From positions 1-64,000 of IMG/VR virus record IMGVR_UViG_3300033146_003479: DNA of 64,000 nucleotides, one strand, 5' to 3'. This document shows, piece after piece, positions 48,206-58,899 of this stretch. The notes below the pieces were generated by a model that saw only the letters and a program-made list of their open reading frames with translations, did not search any database and was not told the origin of the DNA. A program made the translations under genes and the position numbers. The DNA is from a virus. Each line of letters opens with the position of its first letter. The first letter of the stretch is position 1.

Positions 48206-50197
48206 TTATATGTTGAGAAATCCAATGGCTTGAAATCCATCATTAGAATAATCGATGGATTGTGGATTAATCAACATAGTAGTGGGACTGACTGCTATTC
48301 CTATACAAAAAGGCAACGCTTCTTGGATGGAAATGGAAGATATTAATTCTCCCGATACATCCGAAACCATATGTGGCATATTTGTAGTCCAACTCATTCC
48401 AGAAACTTCGCAATGCCCCGCTATTCCAACTTCAACATTTGATCCAGATTCTTCGGAAGTTTTAGCAATACCAATAATAGTTGAATATCGACAATAATCA
48501 ATATTATCAACCACTCTAAAAAATTTAGTTTCCCCCGTCGAAAAGAATACAATTGAACGATTTGAATTTGGAATTATTATTCCTCCTATCGATGATGACT
48601 CCACATTTGGGAAGTTATATATTGTATGCCACCCAATATGATCATTCTTTATATGAAGATCTAATGATATCCCAAACATTTCATCACTTTGCAAATCTTT
48701 AAGAATGATTGATGGAGTTATATTAGTAAAAAACGTATCTTTAAGAATACTAACTTCAACAAACGAAACTGAATGTGTGAAATTATTCATAGGGAATTTC
48801 ATTGAATTAGAAACAATAGGCATATTATTAATTAATTTAAATATCACCATTCTGATATTATCTACATATAAAAATCGATCATCATCAATTTTAGCCAAAT
48901 CCACGCTTGAAGAATCAGTCTCTGGAATTATAGCGAAATCTGGAGTTAGAGATGTGGATGGAGTTTGAATGTCTCTAACAGACAACATTCTCAGTTTCAA
49001 TGCCCCTTGGGAATAACTAATTATATGAGTTAGTTCGAAATTAATAACTCGAATATTAGAATGAATTTCTGAAGCAAGTTCGATATTATCAAACTCCAAA
49101 GATGGAGAAGATAAATTATTATAATTAATTCCACTCCAATATAATCGATTCTCTGATGAGGTATTTTGCCAAATAGCAGTCACAATTAAAATGTCATTAT
49201 GTGTAGTTAAAACTATCTCTTGTGCCTCTGATGAGGCAATCGACACATCAAATGTTGAAATTTCATCTATATTTTCTGTATCAAAAGTGTAAGTATAAAT
49301 CTTAGTTCGAATATTGGTTAGATAGTTAAATGATAATGCTATAGTGCAAGTAGTCGAATCATTTCTAATAATTATCATATCGTGAACATTAAGTGCTCCA
49401 GCGAAAGTCATACTACTACTACTTGAAATGGAGTTATCTACATTAATTCTCATCGTTTCAAATTGAAACGAGGTTTCTCCGATTCGAATTGCCAAAAAAA
49501 TATCATCATTTATGTGCAACATAGGAGACTTATTATTATTATAAGTATCGGTGGAAAATTCAAAATCCTCTCCGAAATTAATATTAGCGAAATCGTCAAC
49601 AACACCATCTAGCAATCTAACGGCATGTCCTGCTGTAACTCCTCGATCTCCCACCTCAAAAATCGAACTTAATCCCGAAGAACTTCCTCCTGCTCCTCCC
49701 ACAATCTCAATATTCAATCTATTTTGACTAGGATCATCAGTAACAAGAACATCTCCTGTAAAGTTCAAATTTGGTCGATCGGGCTGTGATGTAGCGTTCA
49801 ATTGAATACCATGACGACTCAGAATCGGTTGCCAAATTGCAGATCCACTATCAGTATTCTTAGCAATATATATTGTAAATATACTTTCAGGATCCTCAAC
49901 TATTATAATATCACCTGGACGAAATCCAGTTGTACATTCATTGCCATTATCATCTATAAAATCCTCAACATCCACATCATACGATGCATCTGGAACTTGA
50001 GTTGTCCAAGAATTAGATCCTTCAACCTCAACCATATATATATAAACATTGGATGATATATAATTCTCCAAATCCATCCAATATGTTTCTCCAGTATCAT
50101 CTAATGCTGCCAACACTCTATTTGTAATATCGGAAGTTAATCCTCGCTTACTCTTAACCTTTAATTGATTAACAATTAATTTTGAAATACTTTCCAT
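48206..50197 (-). CDS. tail fibre/receptor-binding-like protein
   Basis: RPNLNFTG..VTDD; propeller-like beta-rich middle; IGIA..G.C and IGIAVSPTTMLIN fibre-type motifs. Confidence 0.55.
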   Translation of the reverse strand: MESISKLIVNQLKVKSKRGLTSDITNRVLAALDDTGETYWMDLENYISSNVYIYMVEVEGSNSWTTQVPDASYDVDVEDFIDDNGNECTTGFRPGDIIIVEDPESIFTIYIAKNTDSGSAIWQPILSRHGIQLNATSQPDRPNLNFTGDVLVTDDPSQNRLNIEIVGGAGGSSSGLSSIFEVGDRGVTAGHAVRLLDGVVDDFANINFGEDFEFSTDTYNNNKSPMLHINDDIFLAIRIGETSFQFETMRINVDNSISSSSSMTFAGALNVHDMIIIRNDSTTCTIALSFNYLTNIRTKIYTYTFDTENIDEISTFDVSIASSEAQEIVLTTHNDILIVTAIWQNTSSENRLYWSGINYNNLSSPSLEFDNIELASEIHSNIRVINFELTHIISYSQGALKLRMLSVRDIQTPSTSLTPDFAIIPETDSSSVDLAKIDDDRFLYVDNIRMVIFKLINNMPIVSNSMKFPMNNFTHSVSFVEVSILKDTFFTNITPSIILKDLQSDEMFGISLDLHIKNDHIGWHTIYNFPNVESSSIGGIIIPNSNRSIVFFSTGETKFFRVVDNIDYCRYSTIIGIAKTSEESGSNVEVGIAGHCEVSGMSWTTNMPHMVSDVSGELISSISIQEALPFCIGIAVSPTTMLINPQSIDYSNDGFQAIGFLNI

Positions 50198-50216
50198 TCT
50201 TAATCTCCTTCATTAA

Positions 50217-52757
50217 TTACCCATATCCACCATATGCTGGTCCAGACATATTAAATGATGCATATGGAGTCGCACTCGAACTTGTTATTATCCACGTCCA
50301 TTTAGTTACATATTCACCTGTCGCATCATCAAAATATATAAATTGACTTCCTTTTGTTATAGTCACTGAAGATGATGATCTTATGTAAATAGCATCAGTC
50401 ACGAAATCGTCTAAATTGGTGGAATATGTCCAACTAGATTCTCCAGTCTCTGAGTCCTCAGTAAATGATCCATGCAATGCTAATAAACATATAGTTTCGG
50501 GACCATTAGTTTTTATTCGCAAAGGCCAATATGTACGCATTCGAGTATCAGTACAAACTATTCGCAAATTGGATATAATAAATGATTCTCCTTCATGACA
50601 CATATTAATATTTGGCAACACTACTTCTCTAAAAGGAGTAGGATTAGGCACTCTATTAATAGAACTATTGGCTAAAATAATATCCATATTCGTACTTATT
50701 TGAAATGAAATATTTTCGTCATCTGACATATCAAACTCTGCAACAACTGGTAAAGTTGATCCTCCACTTAATCCTGACACATAATTAACTATTGCTTGAG
50801 TGGTTGCCCAATGGTTATGTGTAATATCTTCACTCACTGTTAAATCAGTTACTCTTTCTCTCCAAGTAGTCACATTATAATAATTGCCACTTGGGAGTTT
50901 CCACCGCAAATTATGATTTCGAGGTTGATTAATTACTGATAATGTGGATGTAGAGGGTATAGGAGTACTATTAAAAGTTATAGTGTTAACTTGAACATTC
51001 GTCGCATGAACTTCATTGAATATTCCCAATTCTCCCACAAAATTTAGAGATTGACACCATTTAACTAAACTATCGGCTGGAGTCACACTAAGTTCTGAGT
51101 TATATGTATCGTAAGTCCAAAGTCCTGCTCCGTCACCCCAAATCAATGAAGTTGCTGTTGAATCTATTTTAGGGATTTGACCTGGAGTCCCAAAAGTGTC
51201 TGGAGTATCTAATAGTGACAAAAATGATTTAGCATTACCTACTAGATTAGATGCTATTAATATTTTTCCTGGGAATTCTTCTCCATCTGGAACTTGAATC
51301 ATCACCTCATTATCATTAATCTGACGAATTTTATCAACCAATAATCTCTCTTCTTCAGGTTCAGTTTTATCCCATAATTGAATGAATATGTTGGAAGTGT
51401 TAAAGTTATGCTTAAAATTACGTCTTCGATAATTTATACCATCGTCCGTAAATAAATACCAACTCGAATAAGTAAACGTTGGAGAAGTCGAACCGTCGAA
51501 ATCGGTTGCCCAAAATAACCCATTAGGTGAAGTATTCGAAACTTCTTGTAAATTAATAATATTTATTCTACCTTTGAAGTCGCAAGTGTCCAATTCATTA
51601 CTAGGATTAGGGTCAAGTTCTGTTATTCGAAGAGTCATATTATTTCGATCATTTTTGACTATTTCATCAATATCAACTCGTCTCCAATCGTCAACTGATT
51701 GATCATTTGGCTCTTTCCACACTTCGACGACTAAATTATTAGAATCTAACTCATGTAAAAATTCTATTTCCCAAACAGTAACGTTGGGATAAATATCATC
51801 TGGAGCCCATCTAACATCTCCTATGCCATCGTGACGATCAAACTCTAAAGAAAACGTTGAATTGAAAAGATCTTCAGGATAATTCAAATAAATCATATTC
51901 TCTAGTGATATTACATTATATCCCGAATTATTAATGCTGGGATCTTCAGTTATATACTTTCCCCAATACTTATGATTTGGAGCAAAATTATCAGTAACAG
52001 TTTTACTATCAGTTATAAAATAAAAATTTCCACCAGTTGATCCCAATGATGATAATGGCATTGGCATAGAAACTTCTACATTATATTGTCCCAGATACGC
52101 AACATGATAATATACCTTACTCGGATTTCCATCATATTGTAATTTTGTATATTTTCCTATAATTATTCCCACCAACGCATTACTTTGAGTTGATTCAAAA
52201 GCAGTTTCGATTTCCCAAACATGACCTGCGGGATTTATATCATCAATGAAACTAGTTTCTTTAGTTACAACAGTCTCACCAAGATTTAATGGGGATTGAT
52301 GTGAATCATACACTCCAATTAAACTTCTATTTCCTTCATTTTCAGATAAATGTTGAATTGTCTGTTCGATTTTTCGTAAAAAGCCATCATCAGTATCTAT
52401 CTCAGTAGTTTCTTCTGGGAAAGGAGCAGTTGTGTCATCCTTTAAAGCATTTGCTTGAATAGCAATTACAAAATAATTAGTTATTCCATCAACAACCTCT
52501 TCAACTTCAATTTTATATGAACCACTCATATCCAAAGTTATATAATCAGTCTGTTGCTCACTAATATCTAATCCACTCTCGAATACATATTCTCTTGCTG
52601 GATTACCTATACTAAATGGAGTTTTTATTAATTTCCATTTTATTGACCATATAGTGCTAACTGGTTGATAATGTAACTTTATTCTAGTTTGCTGTTGGAA
52701 TGTTAATCCTGTAACTTCATGCAAAATAGTATATAAATCATTTACTATGACTGCCAT
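50217..52757 (-). CDS. tail fibre-like protein
   Basis: two H.(L/F)...N..(V/I)..W repeats; FLSLLDTP..FG..GQI motif; TATAAATA upstream. Confidence 0.6.
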   Translation of the reverse strand: MAVIVNDLYTILHEVTGLTFQQQTRIKLHYQPVSTIWSIKWKLIKTPFSIGNPAREYVFESGLDISEQQTDYITLDMSGSYKIEVEEVVDGITNYFVIAIQANALKDDTTAPFPEETTEIDTDDGFLRKIEQTIQHLSENEGNRSLIGVYDSHQSPLNLGETVVTKETSFIDDINPAGHVWEIETAFESTQSNALVGIIIGKYTKLQYDGNPSKVYYHVAYLGQYNVEVSMPMPLSSLGSTGGNFYFITDSKTVTDNFAPNHKYWGKYITEDPSINNSGYNVISLENMIYLNYPEDLFNSTFSLEFDRHDGIGDVRWAPDDIYPNVTVWEIEFLHELDSNNLVVEVWKEPNDQSVDDWRRVDIDEIVKNDRNNMTLRITELDPNPSNELDTCDFKGRINIINLQEVSNTSPNGLFWATDFDGSTSPTFTYSSWYLFTDDGINYRRRNFKHNFNTSNIFIQLWDKTEPEEERLLVDKIRQINDNEVMIQVPDGEEFPGKILIASNLVGNAKSFLSLLDTPDTFGTPGQIPKIDSTATSLIWGDGAGLWTYDTYNSELSVTPADSLVKWCQSLNFVGELGIFNEVHATNVQVNTITFNSTPIPSTSTLSVINQPRNHNLRWKLPSGNYYNVTTWRERVTDLTVSEDITHNHWATTQAIVNYVSGLSGGSTLPVVAEFDMSDDENISFQISTNMDIILANSSINRVPNPTPFREVVLPNINMCHEGESFIISNLRIVCTDTRMRTYWPLRIKTNGPETICLLALHGSFTEDSETGESSWTYSTNLDDFVTDAIYIRSSSSVTITKGSQFIYFDDATGEYVTKWTWIITSSSATPYASFNMSGPAYGGYG

Positions 52758-52785
52758 AGATATCTCCTATTAAATATTTACATTA

Positions 52786-52793
52786 TATTTATA
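52786..52793 (-). promoter_or_regulatory. T4-type late promoter TATAAATA
   Basis: exact consensus, about 30 nt upstream of AGGAG/ATG 52757. Confidence 0.7.
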
Positions 52794-52803
52794 ATTTTTT
52801 GAA

Positions 52804-53003
52804 CTATTGAAATTGACTCATTTGCTGTTCCATTCGCTCTCTCTCTTGTTTTTTCTTCTCAGTAAGCATACGAAGAAACATATCTCTCTCAAACGGATAC
52901 ATTCTCATAATCTCATCAAATAACCATTTCTCTCGCAACTCCAATAAACTATCATATAATGATTCTAATTTGTGAGCAAAAATTAAACTAATGAAAAAAA
53001 AAA
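52804..53003 (-). CDS. gp51/E-prime-like ORF without a good independent start; probable -1 frameshift extension of gp26
   Basis: KWLFDEIMRMYPFERDMFLRML motif; in the -1 frame relative to gp26; overlaps the U10 run. Confidence 0.65.
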
Positions 53004-53726
53004 TTGTTGAATTGCTACCTCTTGTTCGAATCCACACTCTTTATCTTCACAAGTCAATGTCTTTGAATAAATTAATTTTGGACTATTTCTAATGAAATCT
53101 TCAACGTCGACTACAAATTTTGCAGGCAAAGATAATATAAATTCTCTCAATTCATCTCGGTCAAAATCAGTCTTAGTTTCATCGCCAATTGTAACACTAT
53201 CAATTGAATTTAAAACATTTTCTATCATAGATTCCTCAGATAACTCTTTAACGCCTAAAATAATATCCTTATTAACCATAAACGAAGTCACTTTAATGGA
53301 AATAATAATGTCCTTTTCTGCACCCTCTCTAGATGGAATAGTGATATTTCGTTTAAAATTCTCATAGTTTTCAACATGAATATCATTAATTAAAATATTC
53401 TTCGAATATTCTAATCCACAATTCTCACACTTAACTACAACTGGAATACTCTCAGAATCACTATTTAATTTGAGTTTCGCAAGAAGATATTGAATGTCTA
53501 CCAATGTGATATCAGACGCTTGCTTTGGAGTTAAAGCGTACTTTTCAACAACCATATTATATAATACATCCATTAAAATAGCATACTCTTGATTCATTTG
53601 GGCTTGAGATATTGTGAATTGATCCTTCACTGTATATGGAGTCCCTCGAACATCTTCATTTGTTGATAGTATTTTCTCACTAAAGAAAAAGGTATTCATC
53701 GCTTTAGATTCTTTTCTTAAATCCAT
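52983..53726 (-). CDS. gp26: baseplate hub/tail assembly chaperone
   Basis: ITLVDIQYLLAKLKLNSDSE.I.V.VKCENC; V.DFI.NSPKL....C...C; ends FF. Confidence 0.85.
   Translation of the reverse strand: MDLRKESKAMNTFFFSEKILSTNEDVRGTPYTVKDQFTISQAQMNQEYAILMDVLYNMVVEKYALTPKQASDITLVDIQYLLAKLKLNSDSESIPVVVKCENCGLEYSKNILINDIHVENYENFKRNITIPSREGAEKDIIISIKVTSFMVNKDIILGVKELSEESMIENVLNSIDSVTIGDETKTDFDRDELREFILSLPAKFVVDVEDFIRNSPKLIYSKTLTCEDKECGFEQEVAIQQFFFSLV
52994..53003 (-). other. slippery U10 run (candidate programmed -1 frameshift site)
   Basis: ten consecutive A on + strand; gp26 ends CAA CAA TTT TTT TTT TCA TTA GTT TAA. Confidence 0.6.
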
Positions 53727-53773
53727 TATTTTCTCCTAATTAAATTAACATCACAACTATTATTTAGTGAATT

Positions 53774-56158
53774 CTAATTTTCTTCAAAATAAGTAAATGA
53801 AAAATTAACCTCGAATTTAGTTAAATCATCAGTTGAATCAAAACCAAATTCACTATATGTAACTTTTGTAGGATGCATATTATAAAATGTGAACTCTTTT
53901 ACTGGAGTTTGAGCGACCATATCATCCCCTAACTTAATTTGACTCGTGAATCGACTTTGACTGTTAGTTAATTGTGTACTATTAGATGGATTTATAAAAT
54001 CAACAAACGACTTGTGGAAAATTCGGTCATCAGTGTTCTCGTCAGCAAACCAGGTATCATGCGGTTTTCCCATTGCCATTAAGTAATTAAAAAAGAATTC
54101 TGGATAGGAAGGGACTAATGATGATGTAGGTAAACTTGATAGAGTTATCATATCATTCCATAACATATCTATTCCCACATTCGGATCCAAATTCCTAGCA
54201 ACATTTTCACTAATAAGCATTTTTTTAAAATCAACTAATGAGAACGTAAAGGTATATGCAGATAACGCTAAGGCTAATATCTGTAACACTTTCACACTCA
54301 CTCCTTTAACCTTATTTACAGTATCATTCACTTTTGAAAATCCTTTTTTGCCGTGAGGAAAAGTGTTACCTCGACTCTCTTTAACTAATTCACCATTTTT
54401 AACCACTAAAACATCATCGTCCAAATCGAAACTAAATGGATTGGCAATATTATTGAATGCATTTTGCTGTTCTCTATAAAATGTCTGCTCCAATTGTTTC
54501 TTCAAGCCTGCCATTCTAGTTTTCCCATAGCCGGTACTACCAGTCATAGAGCCTATCGGAATTAAATTCTCATCAAAAAAATAGCCATTCGTTAACGACT
54601 CATTCGCAGCAATTTGTTTCAAAATATATTCAATTTTTTCTTTCATATCCTTATTTGTATATTTTTTACTTTTTTTAAATGCCATCAGTCTATCTTTAAA
54701 TGTACTTTTAAGATTCTCATATTTTTTTTGTCCAACCTCATATTTATCTGATGATTTTCGAAGTCCCTTTTGAATCTCATTAAATGTATCTTTCAATGAA
54801 TCAAAATAATTTTCTTTAGATCCATTTTTCTGCAAAACTCCATATTCAATTCCCATATCAATATGAGTTTGCTCTATAATACTTTTTATTTCTGGATTTT
54901 CTAATAATTCATCCCAAGATTCTCGATATTTTTCATCAGAAAGTTGTTCAATTAACGCATCTAACTCCTCTTCAACTGATATTCTCTCATATTCAGCATC
55001 CGGTTTTCCCAAAGTTAAATTTTTTATGCGAGTTAAATCCGAGTCAGAGACAGAATCATCCTTATTTGCTGTTTCGGCGATAGCATTTAAAATATCATTG
55101 TTCTTAATATTTTCAATTAAGTCTGGGCTTGCATATTGAATAAAATATTCCATCATTTTTTGACTTTGATTTGTCAAGGTCTCCGTTGCAAAATCTCCAT
55201 CAGAATGTTCATTATCTAATATTCCAACTCCAAAAGCGGCTAACTCTGATGCCCATTCAATTCCGGCTGAAGCATAAACAAAAGTTATTTTAAATGTTTT
55301 CTGCAGAGTTTTCAAGAAAGTTGTGTTATAATACCACTCTCCATCTTTAACATTTTCCATCTCATTAACTACATTTCGCCACGATGTATGAAAATCGTTA
55401 AAATGCTTCTCATAATAAGTCTGATCGGTTGAGACTGCTCCTATAGATTCCTTCATATCATACTTTAGAGTATCCTCTTCGTGTAATTGACCTGGAGTCG
55501 TAATATCTTGTGATCCAACTACTGGGAAATATTGATATACTTTAACTTTTGGACAAACATAATCTCTAAAATATCGCATTCTCGTAGTAATAGGTTTTCC
55601 CTCATTATCGAGAATATACATATTATCCATCCAAATCTTGAAAAACTCACTTAAATTAAAGTACTTTAAAATTTTACCACTAGTGTTATATTGATAAACT
55701 TTATCATAAAAACTCACACTAATATCATCAAAATCAGTCCCTTTAGGTAAAGTCCACTCACGATTCAATATCTTCACTTGTCGAGTATTATTAGTTTGAT
55801 TTAATCCTGTAACTTTATGAGCCAAAACTTTTAAGTGAGCATTAGACTGATCATCTGGTAAAAAAACATCTAGAAATAAATCAATAAACTCATTAGTCTT
55901 TGTATTACGAAATGATTTAAAAATCTCTCTGGTTCGAGCATCGATAATCAATTCAAATTCAAACCAACAATTCTTCGGTACCTGAGAAACTAAATTTTTC
56001 ACATGAACATTATTAACTTCTCCAAAAGATATTGAATTAAATGTGTCTATTTTATCAAGTTTCTCTCCCGTATATATATTAGATCTATCAGATCTAATTG
56101 GACGACTCTCTCCTCTAGAATCCTTTAATGGAGGAGAACTTGAAATTTTACCGGGCAT
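53774..56158 (-). CDS. tail-tube-fold protein (gp54/gp19-like) with about 530-aa central insertion
   Basis: N-part AHKVTG..REWTLP..DDISVSFYD..FF..WMD; C-part EFTFYNMHPT.V....F......FEVNFSF.Y. Confidence 0.6.
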   Translation of the reverse strand: MPGKISSSPPLKDSRGESRPIRSDRSNIYTGEKLDKIDTFNSISFGEVNNVHVKNLVSQVPKNCWFEFELIIDARTREIFKSFRNTKTNEFIDLFLDVFLPDDQSNAHLKVLAHKVTGLNQTNNTRQVKILNREWTLPKGTDFDDISVSFYDKVYQYNTSGKILKYFNLSEFFKIWMDNMYILDNEGKPITTRMRYFRDYVCPKVKVYQYFPVVGSQDITTPGQLHEEDTLKYDMKESIGAVSTDQTYYEKHFNDFHTSWRNVVNEMENVKDGEWYYNTTFLKTLQKTFKITFVYASAGIEWASELAAFGVGILDNEHSDGDFATETLTNQSQKMMEYFIQYASPDLIENIKNNDILNAIAETANKDDSVSDSDLTRIKNLTLGKPDAEYERISVEEELDALIEQLSDEKYRESWDELLENPEIKSIIEQTHIDMGIEYGVLQKNGSKENYFDSLKDTFNEIQKGLRKSSDKYEVGQKKYENLKSTFKDRLMAFKKSKKYTNKDMKEKIEYILKQIAANESLTNGYFFDENLIPIGSMTGSTGYGKTRMAGLKKQLEQTFYREQQNAFNNIANPFSFDLDDDVLVVKNGELVKESRGNTFPHGKKGFSKVNDTVNKVKGVSVKVLQILALALSAYTFTFSLVDFKKMLISENVARNLDPNVGIDMLWNDMITLSSLPTSSLVPSYPEFFFNYLMAMGKPHDTWFADENTDDRIFHKSFVDFINPSNSTQLTNSQSRFTSQIKLGDDMVAQTPVKEFTFYNMHPTKVTYSEFGFDSTDDLTKFEVNFSFTYFEEN

Positions 56159-56173
56159 ATTATAACCTCTCTA

Positions 56174-57289
56174 TTACCAATAACTAAATTTTGCTTTTGC
56201 CATTACGTCAAAAAACGTATTTTGTTGTATAATATTTAGCAGTTTATTTTTTCCCATAGAAAGAACATACTCATTTACATCCTTCCCTTCAAGACGAATA
56301 TCATCAGGCAACAATGTAATTCCTATTTTAATTCTATCCTTCAACTCTAAACTAAAATCAATCGCTTTGCCAACTATTTTTCGGATTTCACGATTATATG
56401 GCTCATTATCAAATACAATAACTACCTCTTTAACGCCAATAGCCATCAATTTCTCCATATGACGTTTATAATTCGAACTATTTAATGATATTGCGTTCGG
56501 TAGGAACAAACTATCTAAATACCCCTCAGTAGCATAAACTCGATTGTGAATATTAATATTTTCTAAATTACCAATCATAACATCATCAGTTAATTGAACC
56601 GATAAGTATCTAACTCCACCAGTCAGCAACGATCTACCTTGAATTGCTATAACTTCGTTAGTTCTATTCTTAATGAACCAAAAAACTCTAGGATCCTCTT
56701 TGAATTGTCTATTTGATGCAATAGAAGTATTCATAAACGCTTTTAATGGTTTATAAACATATTCATAAAAATTATCAGTATAAAACATATTCGAATTCAA
56801 TGGAATTGCTCTATTTAATATATATGTCTTAGGGATAGACGAATCTCTCATATCAGTAAGCCTCTTTACGAAACCGCTATTCATCATATCATCTAAGAAC
56901 TCATTCAATTCATCATTCGAAACTGATTCATCAAATAAAGATGACTCTTGAGTTTTTCGCTGTTGTTCATCTGTCATATTTCGCAAAATCATTTTATCTT
57001 GATATTGCTTAAACATTATTTCCTTATATCGTTCCGGATGATTATTTTTCAAAAACCAAATTAATGCTCCAGTTGACTCATGACAATTGTGACAAAAGAA
57101 AATATATTCATAATCTCCTTTTTTATTCGGCTTCCATAAAAAATAACCACGTTTACTATTAGACTTTTCTCCATCTCCACAAATTGGACATTGAAATCTA
57201 GCATTATCTCCTTCCCATCTAAATAATTTTAATCCTAATGACTCTATAATTTGTTTTGATTCCACTTTAGATAACATTTTAATTCTCAC
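56174..57289 (-). CDS. gp61: DNA primase
   Basis: FQCPICGD..K.RGY..FCHNC; IQGRSL; YATEGYLDSLFL.NAI; FDNEP.N; KDVNE. Confidence 0.95.
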   Translation of the reverse strand: MRIKMLSKVESKQIIESLGLKLFRWEGDNARFQCPICGDGEKSNSKRGYFLWKPNKKGDYEYIFFCHNCHESTGALIWFLKNNHPERYKEIMFKQYQDKMILRNMTDEQQRKTQESSLFDESVSNDELNEFLDDMMNSGFVKRLTDMRDSSIPKTYILNRAIPLNSNMFYTDNFYEYVYKPLKAFMNTSIASNRQFKEDPRVFWFIKNRTNEVIAIQGRSLLTGGVRYLSVQLTDDVMIGNLENINIHNRVYATEGYLDSLFLPNAISLNSSNYKRHMEKLMAIGVKEVVIVFDNEPYNREIRKIVGKAIDFSLELKDRIKIGITLLPDDIRLEGKDVNEYVLSMGKNKLLNIIQQNTFFDVMAKAKFSYW

Positions 57290-57341
57290 ATACTAATCAA
57301 TAATATAATAATATATCAATTATTATATTTTTTAACGAAAA

Positions 57342-58862
57342 TTATGCAACCTGCATTTCAATTTGATAAGTGTTATGTTTATATCCTTCTCTGCGATAAA
57401 CATCTTCCTTGACCTGAAGCCATTTGAAAATATTATTATGCTGTTTACCTTTAATGGGAATTTTATCAAAGAAATCATAAATCGTAGCCATTTTTTTACC
57501 CGAATAAAGTCTAATGGCTCTACCTATCATTTGAATGGCTAATATATCAGCGGACTTAAACGGAGTAGCAACTACAATCTGAAACACATTTGGTATATTA
57601 ATTCCTGTTCCCAAAATGCTCAAATTCGCAACTAGAATTCCTCCACATTTCTTTATTTTCTCTAATATAACTTGTCTATCTTTTTCTTTAATTTCACCAT
57701 AAATCAAATAAACATTATCATACTTCTCTTTCAGTTTCGCATACATATCCTTCAAATAATCAATTCGATTACCTAAAACTAGAAATGTTCCAACTGGCTC
57801 ATTATTATAAACATTTTGGATGAAATTCACGATCAAATCTCGTCTCTCCGGACACTTTAATACTGCCGAATACTCCTCATCAAACGTACTCAACTCTAAT
57901 TTCTCCTTCGTTTTCCATTTCAAAACAGTATTCTTCACTAAAAATTCAGACAAATGTCCTTCACTAACTAATTCAACAGTCGTCTTCGTTCTAAATGGAG
58001 TTCCTAAATGAGACGTTACTTGATATCTCTCCAAAAGATCACTTTGCAAAGTTCCTGTTGTTCCCAATCTAAATTCAGCATTAATGCAATTCTCACTAAC
58101 ATATCGTAGTTTATTGGCTTTTGCTCCATGACACTCATCAATAATAATTCCTCTAAATTGCTCGAAGAACTCATATTCATATTTATAAAGTGATTGCCAT
58201 GTAGATATAATAATTTGGCTTGAAAAATTCTTTTCTTGTCCATGATAAATCTTTTCAATATTATTGACACGTTTATATCCGTATCCTATGAAATCCTTAG
58301 CCATCTGCTCAACTAAAGTTGTATTTGGAACTACTAATAATAAACGATCATTTTCCTCAAACTCATGATCTAATATCCATCTAATATATCCATATAGAAT
58401 TAATGATTTACCTGAGCCTGTTGGAGAAATCAAGGTTGCTTTCTGAATCTTCAATGCTTGCTTGATTGCCTTTCGTTGATAATCTCTCAATTCCATTTTA
58501 CCTGGTAACGATGGATTTAAAACTTTATCGAAATATATATCTATCTTATCAAAATGCTTCAATTCTCTAATACCAATATCTCCATTCTCAAATATCAACT
58601 CAATTTGACGACTGGAGCAAAACTCCATAATAGGTCTCAATAATCCCACAGGGGCTAATGCTTTATCGCGATTTGAATCCAAGTAGTTAATGAAGCGGAC
58701 TTCTCCGTCCCAACTCCCATTCTTATATGCTGGCATAAATTTAGCATTCGGATGCATATATTGAAAATTTAGATATAGTTCTTGAATGTCAATAATGTCT
58801 GATGAAGTTATACCTTCAACTAAAAAATAGACTTCGTTGATTTTCGTAAATTTTAATCCCAT
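57342..58862 (-). CDS. uvsW: SF2 RNA-DNA/DNA helicase
   Basis: MPAYK.G.WDG; LRDYQ; SPTGSGKS; STWQS; IIDECH; GTTGT; QMIGR; ACTAAATA at 58888-58895. Confidence 0.95.
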   Translation of the reverse strand: MGLKFTKINEVYFLVEGITSSDIIDIQELYLNFQYMHPNAKFMPAYKNGSWDGEVRFINYLDSNRDKALAPVGLLRPIMEFCSSRQIELIFENGDIGIRELKHFDKIDIYFDKVLNPSLPGKMELRDYQRKAIKQALKIQKATLISPTGSGKSLILYGYIRWILDHEFEENDRLLLVVPNTTLVEQMAKDFIGYGYKRVNNIEKIYHGQEKNFSSQIIISTWQSLYKYEYEFFEQFRGIIIDECHGAKANKLRYVSENCINAEFRLGTTGTLQSDLLERYQVTSHLGTPFRTKTTVELVSEGHLSEFLVKNTVLKWKTKEKLELSTFDEEYSAVLKCPERRDLIVNFIQNVYNNEPVGTFLVLGNRIDYLKDMYAKLKEKYDNVYLIYGEIKEKDRQVILEKIKKCGGILVANLSILGTGINIPNVFQIVVATPFKSADILAIQMIGRAIRLYSGKKMATIYDFFDKIPIKGKQHNNIFKWLQVKEDVYRREGYKHNTYQIEMQVA

Positions 58863-58899
58863 TTTATTCTCCTAAATATAGTAATTATATTTAGTGATA

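Noticed and set aside
46648-52757. Diversity-generating retroelement acting on fibre genes
   Set aside because: No reverse transcriptase and no template/variable repeat pair differing at adenines was seen in the window.
57302-57329. 11-bp inverted repeat upstream of primase
   Set aside because: Composed only of A and T in very AT-rich intergenic DNA, so likely by chance; overlaps promoter-like elements that explain the sequence.
43129-58862. Inteins or introns in gp44, primase, uvsW (also portal and capsid)
   Set aside because: Lengths are ordinary and no C/S...HN intein ends or interrupted frames were seen.
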